From positions 32,001 through 96,000 of the forward strand of contig JBDRPD010000034.1 in NCBI GenBank assembly GCA_043827405.1: a DNA stretch of 64,000 nucleotides, written 5' to 3'. The position numbers and the translations under genes are program-made. The notes below the pieces were generated by a model. The model did no database searches. It was not told the origin of the DNA and saw only the letters and a list, made by a program, of their open reading frames with translations. Shown here one piece after another: positions 9,222 through 19,661 of the stretch (positions within the stretch are counted from its first letter, which is position 1; each line of letters starts with the position of its first letter). The DNA comes from Elusimicrobiota bacterium. Its GTDB lineage: Bacteria > Elusimicrobiota > Elusimicrobia > UBA1565.

Positions 9222-11089
9222 GAAAAAAAGACTTTTTTTTCATCGCGCTATTGGCGGGGGTCATCCTGGCGGTTCTCATGCCGGCGCTGCTGCAGCCCGC
9301 GAAGACGCTGGGAAATTTCGGCGATATCTACGCCTACCACCATCCGCTGCAGCATGCGGCGGCGTCCGAGATACAGTCGGGGCGCCTTCCATTCTGGAAC
9401 CCGTATGTATTCGCCGGCCTGCCGCTGCTGGCGAATTCCCAGTCGGCGGTTTTTTACCCGCCGGCCGTCCTGCTGCGGATGTTTCCTCTGGCTTACGCCT
9501 TCACGCTGTACGCCCTTCTGCATCTGCTGCTCGCGGCTTTGGGGATGTATCTGCTGCTGCGGTCATGCCGGGTGGATGCGGCGATGTCCGCTCTGTTTAC
9601 GGCGGCGTTTTCCCTGGGGCCGTTTCTGATTTATCGCATTCCGCAGGGTATCCCGACGCATTTATCGGCGCTGGCATTCGTCCCTTGGTGCTGGCTTGCG
9701 CTGCGCTCAGGCCGGACCGGGTATCTCGGCGGAGTATGGGCGCTGCAATTTTTTAGCGGCCATCCGCAGTTCGCGCTGATCAATGCGGCGGGGATGGGCG
9801 TTTATGCCGCGTTCGCGCTGGCCCGTAGGAACGCCGCCCCGTTTGCGGCGCTGGTTCGGGAGGGGGGTATCGCCGCGGCGCTGTGCCTGGTGCAGCTGTT
9901 TCCCATGGCCGAGTTCATCGCGCAGTCGAATCGCGCGGGGATTCCCGCCGCCTTTAAGACCGCCTATTCCATGCCTTTTTCCGCGCTGGCCACCCTGCTG
10001 CGGCCGTCCCTGTTCGGCGATCCCCTTGGCGGCGGCTTCGCTTCGGTCCCCTCCGTTTTTTTTGAGATGTACGTCGTGTATGTCGGATGGATTCCGTTCG
10101 TCCTGGCGGTTTTCGGCTTGTACGCCGCTTGCCGGCGTGACCAGACGGCCGGCCCGTTGGATCCGCGTCTGGGATGGGCGTTGGCCGCGATCGGCGTGTT
10201 CTTCGCCATGGGCAGCCATAACCCGTTGGCCGGGCTGATGCAGCACCTTCCCGTCGCGGGTCTTTCCCGGGTTCCCGCCCGTTTCACCTTGCTTGTTTTC
10301 TGGGGATTGCTGACCGCCGGCGCCGGGGGCTGGCTCGCGCTGCGCCGCCGCCATCGAGTGCCTCCTATGTGGAAGGCGGCGGCGCTGCTTCTCGTGCTCG
10401 CGGATGCGGGCTTCTGGGCGGCCCGCTTTGTCTACGCAGAGAATCCGGAGCCGTACTTGCGGCCGAATCCGGTGATGCGCCGCGAGCTGGCCGGCCGGCA
10501 GGTGCGCTTCGCGAGCAGTCCTGAACTGGCCAACCCGAATAAAGCCGTCCTGTATCGGGCGATGAACGTAAACGGCTACGATGCCTTTTACCTGGACAGC
10601 TATACGCGCTATGCGGCGCGCTCAGAGCGCGGGCCCGCCGGTGATCCGAGCCGGACCTATATTCGGCGCGCCGATTCCGCCGAGATGAAGAGGCTCGGCG
10701 TGGCGTATTATCTTGAGGTGAATGGTGGGATGAAGCTCCGCCGGCAGCCCAACGCCTACCCGCTCGCTTATATCGAACCGGCCGGCGGCGCGGCGCGGGC
10801 GACGCAGCGGGCGCCGGGGCGCTGGCTGGTGCGCGGCGCCGGTGCCGTTGCGGGCGCACGGTTGATTCTGAGCATACCGCGCTATCCGGGGTGGCGGGCC
10901 TATGTGAACGGCGGCCGCGTGCCGGTGTCGCTGCATGACGGGCTCGTGCAATCAATCGCGGTGCCGGCCGAGCAGCCTTTTCGCGCCGACTTCCTCTTTA
11001 TTCCGACCGCCTGGATGCTGCTGTGCGCGGTTTCGGCCGCGGCGTGGATCGCCTGGTCGGCGTTTTTCCCGCGGAGCGTGTTCGCATGA
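9218..11089 (+). CDS. YfhO-family (GT-C) membrane glycosyltransferase, paralog
   Basis: GDIYAYHHP, GRLPFWNPYVFAGLPLLANSQSAVFYP, GHPQ, RVPARF, YPGWRAYVNG; ATGA overlap at 9218. Confidence 0.85.
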   Translation: MRKKDFFFIALLAGVILAVLMPALLQPAKTLGNFGDIYAYHHPLQHAAASEIQSGRLPFWNPYVFAGLPLLANSQSAVFYPPAVLLRMFPLAYAFTLYALLHLLLAALGMYLLLRSCRVDAAMSALFTAAFSLGPFLIYRIPQGIPTHLSALAFVPWCWLALRSGRTGYLGGVWALQFFSGHPQFALINAAGMGVYAAFALARRNAAPFAALVREGGIAAALCLVQLFPMAEFIAQSNRAGIPAAFKTAYSMPFSALATLLRPSLFGDPLGGGFASVPSVFFEMYVVYVGWIPFVLAVFGLYAACRRDQTAGPLDPRLGWALAAIGVFFAMGSHNPLAGLMQHLPVAGLSRVPARFTLLVFWGLLTAGAGGWLALRRRHRVPPMWKAAALLLVLADAGFWAARFVYAENPEPYLRPNPVMRRELAGRQVRFASSPELANPNKAVLYRAMNVNGYDAFYLDSYTRYAARSERGPAGDPSRTYIRRADSAEMKRLGVAYYLEVNGGMKLRRQPNAYPLAYIEPAGGAARATQRAPGRWLVRGAGAVAGARLILSIPRYPGWRAYVNGGRVPVSLHDGLVQSIAVPAEQPFRADFLFIPTAWMLLCAVSAAAWIAWSAFFPRSVFA

Positions 11090-12069
11090 GGCCGGGCGGG
11101 CGGCAGGCGTCCATGGCCGTTGGGGTCGCGGTGGGGGCGCTGCTGTTGTGGTTCGCTTTCCGCGATGTGCGTCCCCTCGAGATCATCGGGGCGCTGGCTG
11201 ATTTCCGGCCGGTGTGGCTGCCGGTTATCATTTTTTTCCAGCTGCTGGACCTGTTGGCGCGGGCGGCCCGCTGGCAGGTTCTGCTGGCTCCTATGGTGCG
11301 TGCCGACCTGTGGCTGCTGTATCAGATCCAGACGATCAGCCTGACGATCAATAATCTCATTCTGATGCGGCTGGGCGAGTTCGCCAAGGGCGTCATCGGC
11401 GGACAGGAACTGAAAATCCCGACTATCAGCGTGTTGGCGACGGTGGTCGTGGAGCGTATTTGCGATACGATATCCCTATTGGTGCTGTTCGCCGGCTGCA
11501 GCTTTTTCGCGCCGGACTTCGTTGATGCGCGCATAAGAAACACCGCCGCGGCGGGTGCGGCGGGGCTGTTCGCGGCGCTGCTCGCCGCCGTGCTGGGCGG
11601 CGCTTGGCTGCGCGGCACGCGGCCGTTCGCGGCGCTGCGCAGTTATCCGGTAATCCATCGTCTGGCGGAAGATTTGATTCAGGGGACGCAGGCGCTGCGA
11701 TCCTGGTCCGCCGCGCTGCGCGTCGCGGCGTTCAGCTGCGGGCTGTGGCTCAGCGATGCGGCGATGTTTTGGGCCGCGGCGCGGGCGATGAACCTGGAGC
11801 CGCCGCTGCTTTTTACCCGTTCGGTGTTCGCCTTGGCTTCGGCGGCGGCGGCGTGCGCGCTGCCGTCGCTGCCGGGCGCGTTCGGTAACTTTGAGGCGGC
11901 GGTGAAGGCGATTATGCACCACCTGGGCTATTCCAAGGCGTTGGCGCTCAGCTACGGAGCTTTTCTGCACCTGATGGTATTTTCTATTGTCAGTCTTATG
12001 GGGGTCGTATTCTTTTACCGGCTCGGACATACGTTCGCCGGCCTGCGCCAGGCGGTGGAGAAAAAATGA
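11086..12069 (+). CDS. Lysylphosphatidylglycerol-synthase TM / flippase-like protein (UPF0104)
   Basis: RAARWQVLL, NNLILMRLGEFAK, ATVVVERICD, PSLPGAFGNFE; all-TM topology. Confidence 0.85.
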   Translation: MRPGGRQASMAVGVAVGALLLWFAFRDVRPLEIIGALADFRPVWLPVIIFFQLLDLLARAARWQVLLAPMVRADLWLLYQIQTISLTINNLILMRLGEFAKGVIGGQELKIPTISVLATVVVERICDTISLLVLFAGCSFFAPDFVDARIRNTAAAGAAGLFAALLAAVLGGAWLRGTRPFAALRSYPVIHRLAEDLIQGTQALRSWSAALRVAAFSCGLWLSDAAMFWAAARAMNLEPPLLFTRSVFALASAAAACALPSLPGAFGNFEAAVKAIMHHLGYSKALALSYGAFLHLMVFSIVSLMGVVFFYRLGHTFAGLRQAVEKK

Positions 12070-13091
12070 AACTGCATCTGCTGCCGGTGCTGGCATGTCC
12101 CGCGTGCGAGGGAGATATCGCATATGAGTCCCTGGAGCGGCAGCCGCGCGACGGCGAAGAGATAGAGAGTGGCATGCTTAAGTGCGTGCGATGCGCACAG
12201 GAGTACCCTATTATCGACGGCATCCCCCGTCTATTCCCCGCCGAGGAGCTTGATGCGCGGGTGCGCAAGACCCGGGAGAGCTTCGGTTGGGAATGGCTGC
12301 GCTACCCCGGCTCGCGCCCGGAAGACCGGGACCTGTTTCTCGAGGAGACGCAGCTGGGAGCGGATCAGTGGCGGGACCGCTTTGTGTTGGATGCCGGATG
12401 CGGCATGGGGCGTTATACCAAGGTCGCGCTGTCTTTGGGGGCGGAAGTGCTCTCTTTTGACCTTTCAGACAGTATTCTGCGCCTGATTCCCGAAGCGCGG
12501 AAGAATCCCCGGCTCCATCTCGTGCAGGGCAATCTGCTCGCGCCGCCGTTCAAGCCCGGCCGTTTCGACACCATCTACAGTCAGGGGGTCATCCACCATA
12601 CCGCCGATACGCGGGGCGCGTTCGATGAGATATCGCGGCTGGTTAAACGTGACGGGCACCTGTCGGTCTGGGTTTACGGTACGCCCGGGTCCTATCGGAG
12701 TTTTTCGACCAACCCGCTGCGCAGCGGGCGAAGGTGGCTGGGGCGGGTTCTTCCTCTCGTCTGGCTCGCCGTTTGGGCGCGGCAGTTGTTGAGCGACGCG
12801 GTGCGCGCGGTGACAACCCGCATGCCGGTGCGGCTGCTGTATGCCCTATGCTATCCGCTGACCCTGCTGGGCGCGGTTCCGGTGGTGAAGTATTTGACGT
12901 TTTCAGTGGAGCCGGATTTCGGCGTTCGGCTGACCGAGAACTTCGACTGGCTGGCGCCGCCGTTCCAGACCAAGCATACGAAAGAGGAGGTGCGGGGGTG
13001 GTTCGAATCGGCGGGCTATGAGGTGCTGCGCCATCTGCCGCACGGGGTGGTGCCGAAGATCGGGATTTTGGGTATAAAGAAACAGGGATGA
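12066..13091 (+). CDS. Trm112-like Zn domain fused to class I SAM methyltransferase
   Basis: LACPAC...GMLKCVRCAQEYPIIDGIPRL followed by VLDAGCGMGRY and GVIHHT. Confidence 0.85.
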   Translation: MKLHLLPVLACPACEGDIAYESLERQPRDGEEIESGMLKCVRCAQEYPIIDGIPRLFPAEELDARVRKTRESFGWEWLRYPGSRPEDRDLFLEETQLGADQWRDRFVLDAGCGMGRYTKVALSLGAEVLSFDLSDSILRLIPEARKNPRLHLVQGNLLAPPFKPGRFDTIYSQGVIHHTADTRGAFDEISRLVKRDGHLSVWVYGTPGSYRSFSTNPLRSGRRWLGRVLPLVWLAVWARQLLSDAVRAVTTRMPVRLLYALCYPLTLLGAVPVVKYLTFSVEPDFGVRLTENFDWLAPPFQTKHTKEEVRGWFESAGYEVLRHLPHGVVPKIGILGIKKQG

Positions 13092-14239
13092 GCACGCGGG
13101 GCGGCGGGATGACCGGGGTCGTGATGCTCACGCCGAACTTCCACCCGTATGTCGGCGGCGCCGAGAAGCAGGCCCTGGAGCTGTCGAAGGCGCTGAGCGC
13201 TTTGGGCGTTCGCGTGCAGGTGCTGACGCGGCGGGTGCGCGGTCTGCGCACCGAGGACGAAGTTTCGGGAATCCCCGTTTACCGCGCCTTCGCCTGCGGC
13301 GGCGGGCTGGTCAATGCCGTTACTTTTCTGTTTTCCAGTTTTATTTACCTGCTGCGGCGCTCCGCGGCGTATGACGTCATCCATGTGCATCTCGCGGGCT
13401 CGCCCGCCGTCGCCGCCTGCCTGGCGGGCCGGCTGCTGGGCAAGCGCGTCGTCGTCAAGGTCGGCGGGGGGCGCGGGATCGGTGAAATCGCCATGTCGCG
13501 GCGGACGCCGGCGGGGCGGCTAAAGCTGCTGCTGCTGCGCCGGATGAAGCCGCGGTTCGTCGCGGTGACTGAGGATTTGCGGCGGGAGATGATGGAGTTC
13601 GGCTTCACCGACGCGGTGCGGGTCGTGCCGAACGGCGTCGATATCGGCCGCTACCGTCCGGCGCGGGCGGATGAGAAGAGCGCGCTGCGCGCCGATCTGG
13701 AGTGGCCGGCGGGGACCTGCTTCCTGTACGTCGGCAGGCTGGCGGCGGAGAAGCAGCTGGATTTCTTCCTGCGCGCGTTTGCCGCGGCGATGGGCGGCTG
13801 CGCGGAGCGGGCCTTCTGCGTATTCGCCGGCGGCGGCGGCGAGCAAGCGCGTCTGCGGGACGTCGCGCGCGCCCAGGGCATCGCCGATGCGGTGCTGTTT
13901 GTTCCGCCGACCGACCGTATCGAGAGGCTTTACGCCGCGGCCGATGTATTCGTGCTGCCCTCGGTGTCGGAAGGTCTATCGAACGCGCTGCTGGAGGCGA
14001 TGGCGGCGGGGCTGCCGATTTTGGGCAGCCGCGTCGGCGGAACCCGGGAAGTCGTGAAGGACGGCGAGGCGGGGACGCTGTTCGCGGTCGACGATTTCGA
14101 CGGACTGCGGCGTGCCGTTGTGCGCTACGTGAAAGGTCCCGGCTTTGCCGCCGAGCAGGGACGGATCGCGCGCCGGGAAGCGGAACAGAAGTATTCGCTC
14201 GCAAGCGTCGCTAAACGTTATCTGGAGATCTACCACTAA
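13088..14239 (+). CDS. Glycosyltransferase family 4
   Basis: GGAEKQ, VPNGVD, YVGRL..EK, ADVFVLPSVSEGLSNALLEAMAAG (EX7E). Confidence 0.93.
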   Translation: MSTRGGGMTGVVMLTPNFHPYVGGAEKQALELSKALSALGVRVQVLTRRVRGLRTEDEVSGIPVYRAFACGGGLVNAVTFLFSSFIYLLRRSAAYDVIHVHLAGSPAVAACLAGRLLGKRVVVKVGGGRGIGEIAMSRRTPAGRLKLLLLRRMKPRFVAVTEDLRREMMEFGFTDAVRVVPNGVDIGRYRPARADEKSALRADLEWPAGTCFLYVGRLAAEKQLDFFLRAFAAAMGGCAERAFCVFAGGGGEQARLRDVARAQGIADAVLFVPPTDRIERLYAAADVFVLPSVSEGLSNALLEAMAAGLPILGSRVGGTREVVKDGEAGTLFAVDDFDGLRRAVVRYVKGPGFAAEQGRIARREAEQKYSLASVAKRYLEIYH

Positions 14240-14245
14240 ATTATT

Positions 14246-16174
14246 ATGTGCGGAATCTGCGGGATAGTCTACGACGAGCCGGGCCGCATGAACCCGGAGC
14301 GGCTGCGGTCGGCCAACGGCCTGATCGAGCACCGCGGTCCGGATGAGGAAGGCTATTACTCGGATGATCGCGCGGGGCTGGCGATGCGCCGGCTGTCGAT
14401 AATTGATCTCGCAACGGGACAGCAGCCGATCGCGAACCCGGCCGGAACCGTGCATATCGTCTTCAACGGTGAGATTTACAACTTCCCGGAGCTGCGCGAG
14501 GAGCTGGCGGCGCAAGGGTATCCTTTCAAGACGCGGTCGGACACCGAGGTAATTCTCGCGCTTTACGAGAAGGATGGGACGGCCTGCGTCCGCCGCCTGC
14601 GCGGGATGTTCGCGATCGCTATCTGGGACAAGCCCCGCCGGCGGCTGTTTCTGGCGCGCGACCGGGTCGGCAAGAAGCCGCTGGTGTATGCCGAGGGGCC
14701 CGGGTATCTGGCTTTCGGCTCCGAGCTGCGCACGCTGTTTAAGTGGCCCGGCATATCCCGTGATATTGATCCCGTGGCCGTCGACCTGTTTCTTTCGCTG
14801 CAGTACATCCCCAGCCCGCATACGATCTACCGCGGCATCCGCAAGCTCCCGCCCGCGCATACTTTGGTCTATGAGAACGGCAGGGCGGTTGTGGAGCGCT
14901 ACTGGGACCTCCCCGTTGATTCGCCCCCGATCTCCTGCGATCCGGTCGAGGCCGAGGAGCTGATCCGGCTCAAGCTTCGCGAGGCCGTGAAAATGCGCAT
15001 GATCTCGGAGGTCCCGCTCGGCGCCTTTTTGTCCGGCGGCATCGACTCTTCGATCATCGTGGCGCTTATGAGCGAGCTGTCCGAGCGGCCGGTTAAGACT
15101 TTTTCCATCGGCTTTGAGGAAGAAGAGTTCTCGGAGCTGCCCTTCGCCCGGGAGGTGGCGCAGGCCTACGGTACCGATCATACGGAGTTTATCGTTACCG
15201 CGGACATGGCGGATGTGCTGCCCAAGCTCGCTTGGCACTACGGCGAGCCGTACGCCGATCCCAGCGCCCTGCCGACCTATTACGTGTCGCGGGAGACGCG
15301 CAAGCATGTGACGGTCGCGCTCAACGGCGATGGGGGCGATGAGAACTTCGCCGGCTACATTCGCTATTTCGCCATGAAGGCGGCGCGCTATTACGACGCG
15401 GTGCCCTATCCGCTGCGCCGTCTTATGCAGGCGGGCGCGGAGTTCCTGCCCGAGAAAAACGCGCCGATCAGCACGCTCTGGAAGGCCAAGCGGTTTCTGC
15501 GCTCGGCGGTATTTACCGACATGCCGCGGCGCCATCTGAAGATGGCGAGCTTTTTTTCGGACGAAGACAAGCGAGACCTTTATGCGCCCGGCATGCGCCG
15601 CGCGCTCGGGCTTGCCGCCGGCTGCGTGCCCGACTCCGCGGACCGCTATATGACGGCGGCGTTTGACCGCTGCCGCGGAGCGGATTTCGTCAACCGCCTG
15701 CTCTACGCCGACTTCGCCACCTATCTTCCCGAATGCTTGATGACCAAGGTTGATATCGCATCCATGGCCGTGTCTTTGGAGGGGCGTTCGCCGTTTTTGG
15801 ACCACGAGTTCATTGAGACGGTTTACCGCATGCCGGGCGATTGGAAGCTGCGGGGCTTACGGGGCCATAAGTGGATACTCAAGCGCGCTTTTCAGCGGCA
15901 GCTTCCGGAGTCGATCAGCCGCCGCGGAAAAATGGGTTTCGGTATACCCCTGGGCTCTTGGTTCCGCGGCCGGCTGAAAGAGTATTGGCGGGAGCATGTG
16001 CTTTCTCCGGAAGGGCTCAGCCGCGGCCACTTCCGCCCGGAAGCGCTGCGCGAGATATGGGATGAGCATCAGAGCCGCCGGCGCGACCACGGCTACCGGA
16101 TGTGGGCGCTGCTCATGCTGGAGCTGTGGCACCGGCAGTATGCGTCCGACTTCAAGGGCTGGGGCGAACCATGA
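14246..16174 (+). CDS. asnB: Asparagine synthase (glutamine-hydrolysing)-type amidotransferase, likely glycan-modifying
   Basis: MCGI Ntn Cys, HRGPD, RRLSIID, NGEIYN, LSGGIDSS, GDGGDE.F.GY, R.KMGF. Confidence 0.93.
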   Translation: MCGICGIVYDEPGRMNPERLRSANGLIEHRGPDEEGYYSDDRAGLAMRRLSIIDLATGQQPIANPAGTVHIVFNGEIYNFPELREELAAQGYPFKTRSDTEVILALYEKDGTACVRRLRGMFAIAIWDKPRRRLFLARDRVGKKPLVYAEGPGYLAFGSELRTLFKWPGISRDIDPVAVDLFLSLQYIPSPHTIYRGIRKLPPAHTLVYENGRAVVERYWDLPVDSPPISCDPVEAEELIRLKLREAVKMRMISEVPLGAFLSGGIDSSIIVALMSELSERPVKTFSIGFEEEEFSELPFAREVAQAYGTDHTEFIVTADMADVLPKLAWHYGEPYADPSALPTYYVSRETRKHVTVALNGDGGDENFAGYIRYFAMKAARYYDAVPYPLRRLMQAGAEFLPEKNAPISTLWKAKRFLRSAVFTDMPRRHLKMASFFSDEDKRDLYAPGMRRALGLAAGCVPDSADRYMTAAFDRCRGADFVNRLLYADFATYLPECLMTKVDIASMAVSLEGRSPFLDHEFIETVYRMPGDWKLRGLRGHKWILKRAFQRQLPESISRRGKMGFGIPLGSWFRGRLKEYWREHVLSPEGLSRGHFRPEALREIWDEHQSRRRDHGYRMWALLMLELWHRQYASDFKGWGEP

Positions 16175-17190
16175 ACTGTCCCGCCTGCGGGACGGGGGCC
16201 GCGCCGCGCTTGCGGGAGACGCACCGGGATCCCATAAGCGCCGCGGAGTACCGGATTTTCGCCTGTGCCGGCTGCGGGGTGGAGTTCTCCGAGCCGCGCG
16301 CGGCGGTCGGGGGGGATTGGTATGCCGCTGCGGCGCCGCTGCGGCTGTCGGAGTTCGACCGCGCTCCGCGGAAGGATTTGAGGTTCGCGGCGTTTTTCGC
16401 CGAACGGCTGTCTCCGGGCAGCCTGCTTGACGTCGGCTGCGGCGACGGAGGGTTTTTGCTGCTGGCGCGGGAGCGGGGCTGGCAGGTCGCCGGCTTCGAT
16501 TACGACGAGCGGGTGGCGGCGGCGGCCCGCGCCGCGGGCCTGCCGGACGTGTCCTCTCAGGAGTTCGCGGAGTTCGTGCGCGGCCGCGCCGCGGGGGAGT
16601 TCGACGCCGTCACGCTTTTCGACGTGCTCGAGCATATGCCTGAGCCGCTGCGTTTTCTGCAGGAGCTCAAGCGGCTGCTTAAGCCGGGGGGAGTTATCGC
16701 TGTTACCTTCCCCAATGCGCGCCGCCCCATGCCTTGGGGGCGCGAGCTGCATGATTATCCGCCGCACCACTTCACGCGCTGGACGGGGGACGTCTTGCGC
16801 GGGTTCCTGGAGCGCAACGGCTTTTCGATTATCCGGCTCGAAGACCGTCGCCTGCGCGTCTACTATTTCGCCGAGCATTTATTTTTCTACGGCGTCATGC
16901 GCCGCCTGCTGCCGGTAATCAAACGCCTGCTGTTCGGCGCCGCCGCCGGCGCCGAAAGCGTCTCGCAGCTTTATGCCGCGGACGCGGCGAATACGCGATG
17001 CGGCCTGCGCGGGGCCTTTAGCGGCAAGGAGGCGCGGCACCGCTGGGTGACGGCGCTTAAGCGGTCGTTGGCGGTATTTATTTACCCCGTCGCGTTCTGT
17101 ATGGCCGTTTATTTTCGCCTGACCCGCCGCCGCTGCGGAGAGCATATCTTCGCGCTCGCGCGCCTAAACGTCCGACGGGAAAAAGTATAA
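16171..17190 (+). CDS. Class I SAM methyltransferase with N-terminal Zn-ribbon
   Basis: CPACG...CAGCG, LLDVGCGDG, FDAVTLFDVLEHMPEP, LLKPGG, PPHH. Confidence 0.88.
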   Translation: MNCPACGTGAAPRLRETHRDPISAAEYRIFACAGCGVEFSEPRAAVGGDWYAAAAPLRLSEFDRAPRKDLRFAAFFAERLSPGSLLDVGCGDGGFLLLARERGWQVAGFDYDERVAAAARAAGLPDVSSQEFAEFVRGRAAGEFDAVTLFDVLEHMPEPLRFLQELKRLLKPGGVIAVTFPNARRPMPWGRELHDYPPHHFTRWTGDVLRGFLERNGFSIIRLEDRRLRVYYFAEHLFFYGVMRRLLPVIKRLLFGAAAGAESVSQLYAADAANTRCGLRGAFSGKEARHRWVTALKRSLAVFIYPVAFCMAVYFRLTRRRCGEHIFALARLNVRREKV

Positions 17191-17191
17191 T
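17186..17191 (+). promoter_or_regulatory. Possible internal -10 box
   Basis: TATAAT overlapping the upstream stop codon, in the largest gap of the operon, followed by AGGTG and GTG 17209. Confidence 0.35.
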
Positions 17192-17208
17192 CCCCTGCAG
17201 GTGAAATC

Positions 17209-17904
17209 GTGAGCGAACTCGATCTTTCGATCGTTATCCCCACTCTCAATGAAGCCGCTAATATCGGCCCCGTCCTGCGCGGAATTTGCCAGCAGGCCGA
17301 ACGCCTTGGTTTGCGCTATGAGGCGTTTATCGTCGACGGCCCGTCGACGGATGGCACGGGAAAGGAGGCCGCGGCGGCGGGCGCCCGGGTTGTCGAGGAG
17401 CATGCGGGAGGGTTCGGCCGGGCGGTGCGCCGCGGCTTGACCGAAGCGCGGGGCGAGTTCGTGCTGCTGATGGACGCGGACGGCTCGCATTCCGCCGCGG
17501 TATTCCCCGAGATATGGGCCAAGCGCCTGCAGGCGGACCTCGTGATCGGTTCCCGCCTGGTGGCGGGAGGGGGGATGGAAATTCCGCCGCATCGCCGGCT
17601 GCTGACGCATATTCTCAACGGATTTTTCCGGCTCCTCTTCGGTCTGCCCGCACGCGACTGCTCGAGCGGTTATCGGCTTTACCGGGCGTCGGCCGTCGGG
17701 AATGTGGAAGGCATCGCCCAGGGCTTCGATATCCAGCAGGAGAACCTTATTAAGATGGTGCGCGCCGGCGGTCGTGTCGCGGAGGTGCCGATCTACTATG
17801 CTTGGCGCACGGAAGGGGTGTCGAAGGCGAAGATATTGAAATTCGGTCTCGGGTACCTGCGCTTGGTCGCCCGCTATTGGCGCGGCGGTCGCGGCGGTGC
17901 ATAA
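17209..17904 (+). CDS. GT2, polyprenol-phosphate glycosyltransferase (DPM-synthase-like)
   Basis: IVIPTLNE, VDGPSTDGT, MDADGSH, VIGSR, DCSSGYRLY, G.SK. Confidence 0.9.
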   Translation: MSELDLSIVIPTLNEAANIGPVLRGICQQAERLGLRYEAFIVDGPSTDGTGKEAAAAGARVVEEHAGGFGRAVRRGLTEARGEFVLLMDADGSHSAAVFPEIWAKRLQADLVIGSRLVAGGGMEIPPHRRLLTHILNGFFRLLFGLPARDCSSGYRLYRASAVGNVEGIAQGFDIQQENLIKMVRAGGRVAEVPIYYAWRTEGVSKAKILKFGLGYLRLVARYWRGGRGGA

Positions 17905-19661
17905 TGTTTGATGTGCGCGGCAAAGAGTCCTATGCGCTGATTATTGTTTTGGGGCTGCTGCTGGGGCTCAGCGGAATCCGCTGGGGCATTCCGGAAGACG
18001 GCCGCCTGCGGCGCATTCTGCCGCCCGGCCTGCACGGACCGCAATTCCATGCGGAACTGATCTCGGCCTGGGAGGACATCCACCGGCGCTTGGGGCCGAA
18101 CCTAATGCTTAATCCGGAATCCTTCGCCACCTTTTCGCAGGTGCAGGACGCCCCGGCCGGCTGGCAAAAGCCGCCGCGGTTTCTGTATAACGCCGTGCGC
18201 TCGTTCCATGTGCGCTCCGTTCACGACGACGAGCAGTCCGTCTTTCTGGCGCTTTCCAAGATGCGCCCGCGCCGCCTGGACTTCAACCCCCACTTCTTTA
18301 CCTACGGCGGAGTTTACATTTACGGAGTCGGCGCCTGGCTGGGCGTCGGAGCGCTGCTGGGCGCGGTGGACCTGCACTCTTCGCTGCTGCCGTACCTCAA
18401 CGAGCCCGTAAAGATGGGCGGGATGTACTTCTGGGGACGGCTGCTGTCGGTTGGGGCCTATATCGGCTGCGGCCTGATGCTCTTCGCGCTCGGGCGGACC
18501 TTTTTGCGCCGCCGGGCGGCGCTGCTGGCGGCGGTGCTGTTTATGCTTTCGCCGGCGGTCGTCGTCCAGGCGCATACGATGAAGCAGCATTCGCTGTGGA
18601 CCTTCCTTTCCTTCGCGACGCTGTATCTCTGCCTGCGGGTTCGCGAGCGCGGCGGGTGGCGGGAGTATCTGGCCGCCGGCGCGGTGGCGGGGCTGACCGT
18701 GGGGGCGGCGCTTAACGCCTGGCCGACCTGCCTCTATATCGCCGCCGCCGCCCTGCTGCGGACGCGCGAGAAGCCGGCGCGGTGGCGGACGGAGCTGCTG
18801 CGTCTCGCCGCCGCCGCCGCCGCGAGCGTCGCGGTGTTCTTCGCGACCAACCCCTACTGGCTGCTGGATTATGCCCACGCGTATCAGGAGTTCGTGGTGC
18901 TGACAGGCTATACTACGGCGAACCTTCTGAGTCCGGTGCGGATATTCACCGGCAGCTTCCGCCACGCCGTGACGACGCCGGTTTTCCTCCTGATCTGCGC
19001 GGGGATCGCCTGGGCGCTGACCTCCGGGCGGCGCAATCAGGGCGCGCTGCTGTGTCTGTGCGCGTTTTTCGTCATGCTGGCGGCCTCGGTTACCTCGCAG
19101 CTCACGGTCGGGATGCGGCAGATCCGCTACTTCCTGCCCATTGTGGGGACGGGCGCGCTGCTGGCGGCCGGCTGTGCCGATGACCTGCTGCTGCGGTTTC
19201 CCCGCTGGCGCCGGACCGCGGTCGCGGGGCTGGCGCTCGTCGTCGCCAATGTGGGAATGGCCGGCGCGCTCTACGCCTTAAACTTTCAGCGTACGTCGGC
19301 GCCGGGCTCGAACCATTACCGGGCCGGCGACTGGATCGCCGCGCAGGTGCCGGCAGGCGCCGTCATCGGCATGCTGCGCGATCCCGCGCCGTCCAACAGC
19401 GCCTACTTCCCGCTGTATCGCTACGGAATCCGGCTTATTCCGCCGGAGCTCTTCGGGACGCTCGAGCCCGAGCGCCTGCCGGACTATCTTGTACTGTCGG
19501 TGCCGGACTACGGACAGCGGGAGTCGCTCGAACCGAATTTGTCGCGCGAGTTTGAGCCGGCCGCCGAGTTCCTGCGTCCCCGGCTGGCGTGGAGCGAAAT
19601 CCAGCTGAGCGCCACCACGGCCAACCCCCCGATCATGGTGTACCGGAGGAAAGCTAAATGA
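17904..19661 (+). CDS. GT-C (GT39/ArnT-like) membrane glycosyltransferase
   Basis: GIRWGIP...HDDE, NPHFFTYG, GRLLSV, LSP....AH..K, NPY; many TM helices. Confidence 0.75.
   Translation: MFDVRGKESYALIIVLGLLLGLSGIRWGIPEDGRLRRILPPGLHGPQFHAELISAWEDIHRRLGPNLMLNPESFATFSQVQDAPAGWQKPPRFLYNAVRSFHVRSVHDDEQSVFLALSKMRPRRLDFNPHFFTYGGVYIYGVGAWLGVGALLGAVDLHSSLLPYLNEPVKMGGMYFWGRLLSVGAYIGCGLMLFALGRTFLRRRAALLAAVLFMLSPAVVVQAHTMKQHSLWTFLSFATLYLCLRVRERGGWREYLAAGAVAGLTVGAALNAWPTCLYIAAAALLRTREKPARWRTELLRLAAAAAASVAVFFATNPYWLLDYAHAYQEFVVLTGYTTANLLSPVRIFTGSFRHAVTTPVFLLICAGIAWALTSGRRNQGALLCLCAFFVMLAASVTSQLTVGMRQIRYFLPIVGTGALLAAGCADDLLLRFPRWRRTAVAGLALVVANVGMAGALYALNFQRTSAPGSNHYRAGDWIAAQVPAGAVIGMLRDPAPSNSAYFPLYRYGIRLIPPELFGTLEPERLPDYLVLSVPDYGQRESLEPNLSREFEPAAEFLRPRLAWSEIQLSATTANPPIMVYRRKAK

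Noticed and set aside
13976..15805. 609-aa minus-strand ORF, and similar long shadows at 22062-23300, 34863-36170, 41487-42752, 54928-56514 and 59054-60715
   Set aside because: Antisense shadows of well-supported genes, expected in high-GC DNA; no recognisable domains.
14246..16174. AsnB as a lasso-peptide cyclase
   Set aside because: Full Ntn glutaminase domain present, glycan context, and no precursor or B-protein genes.
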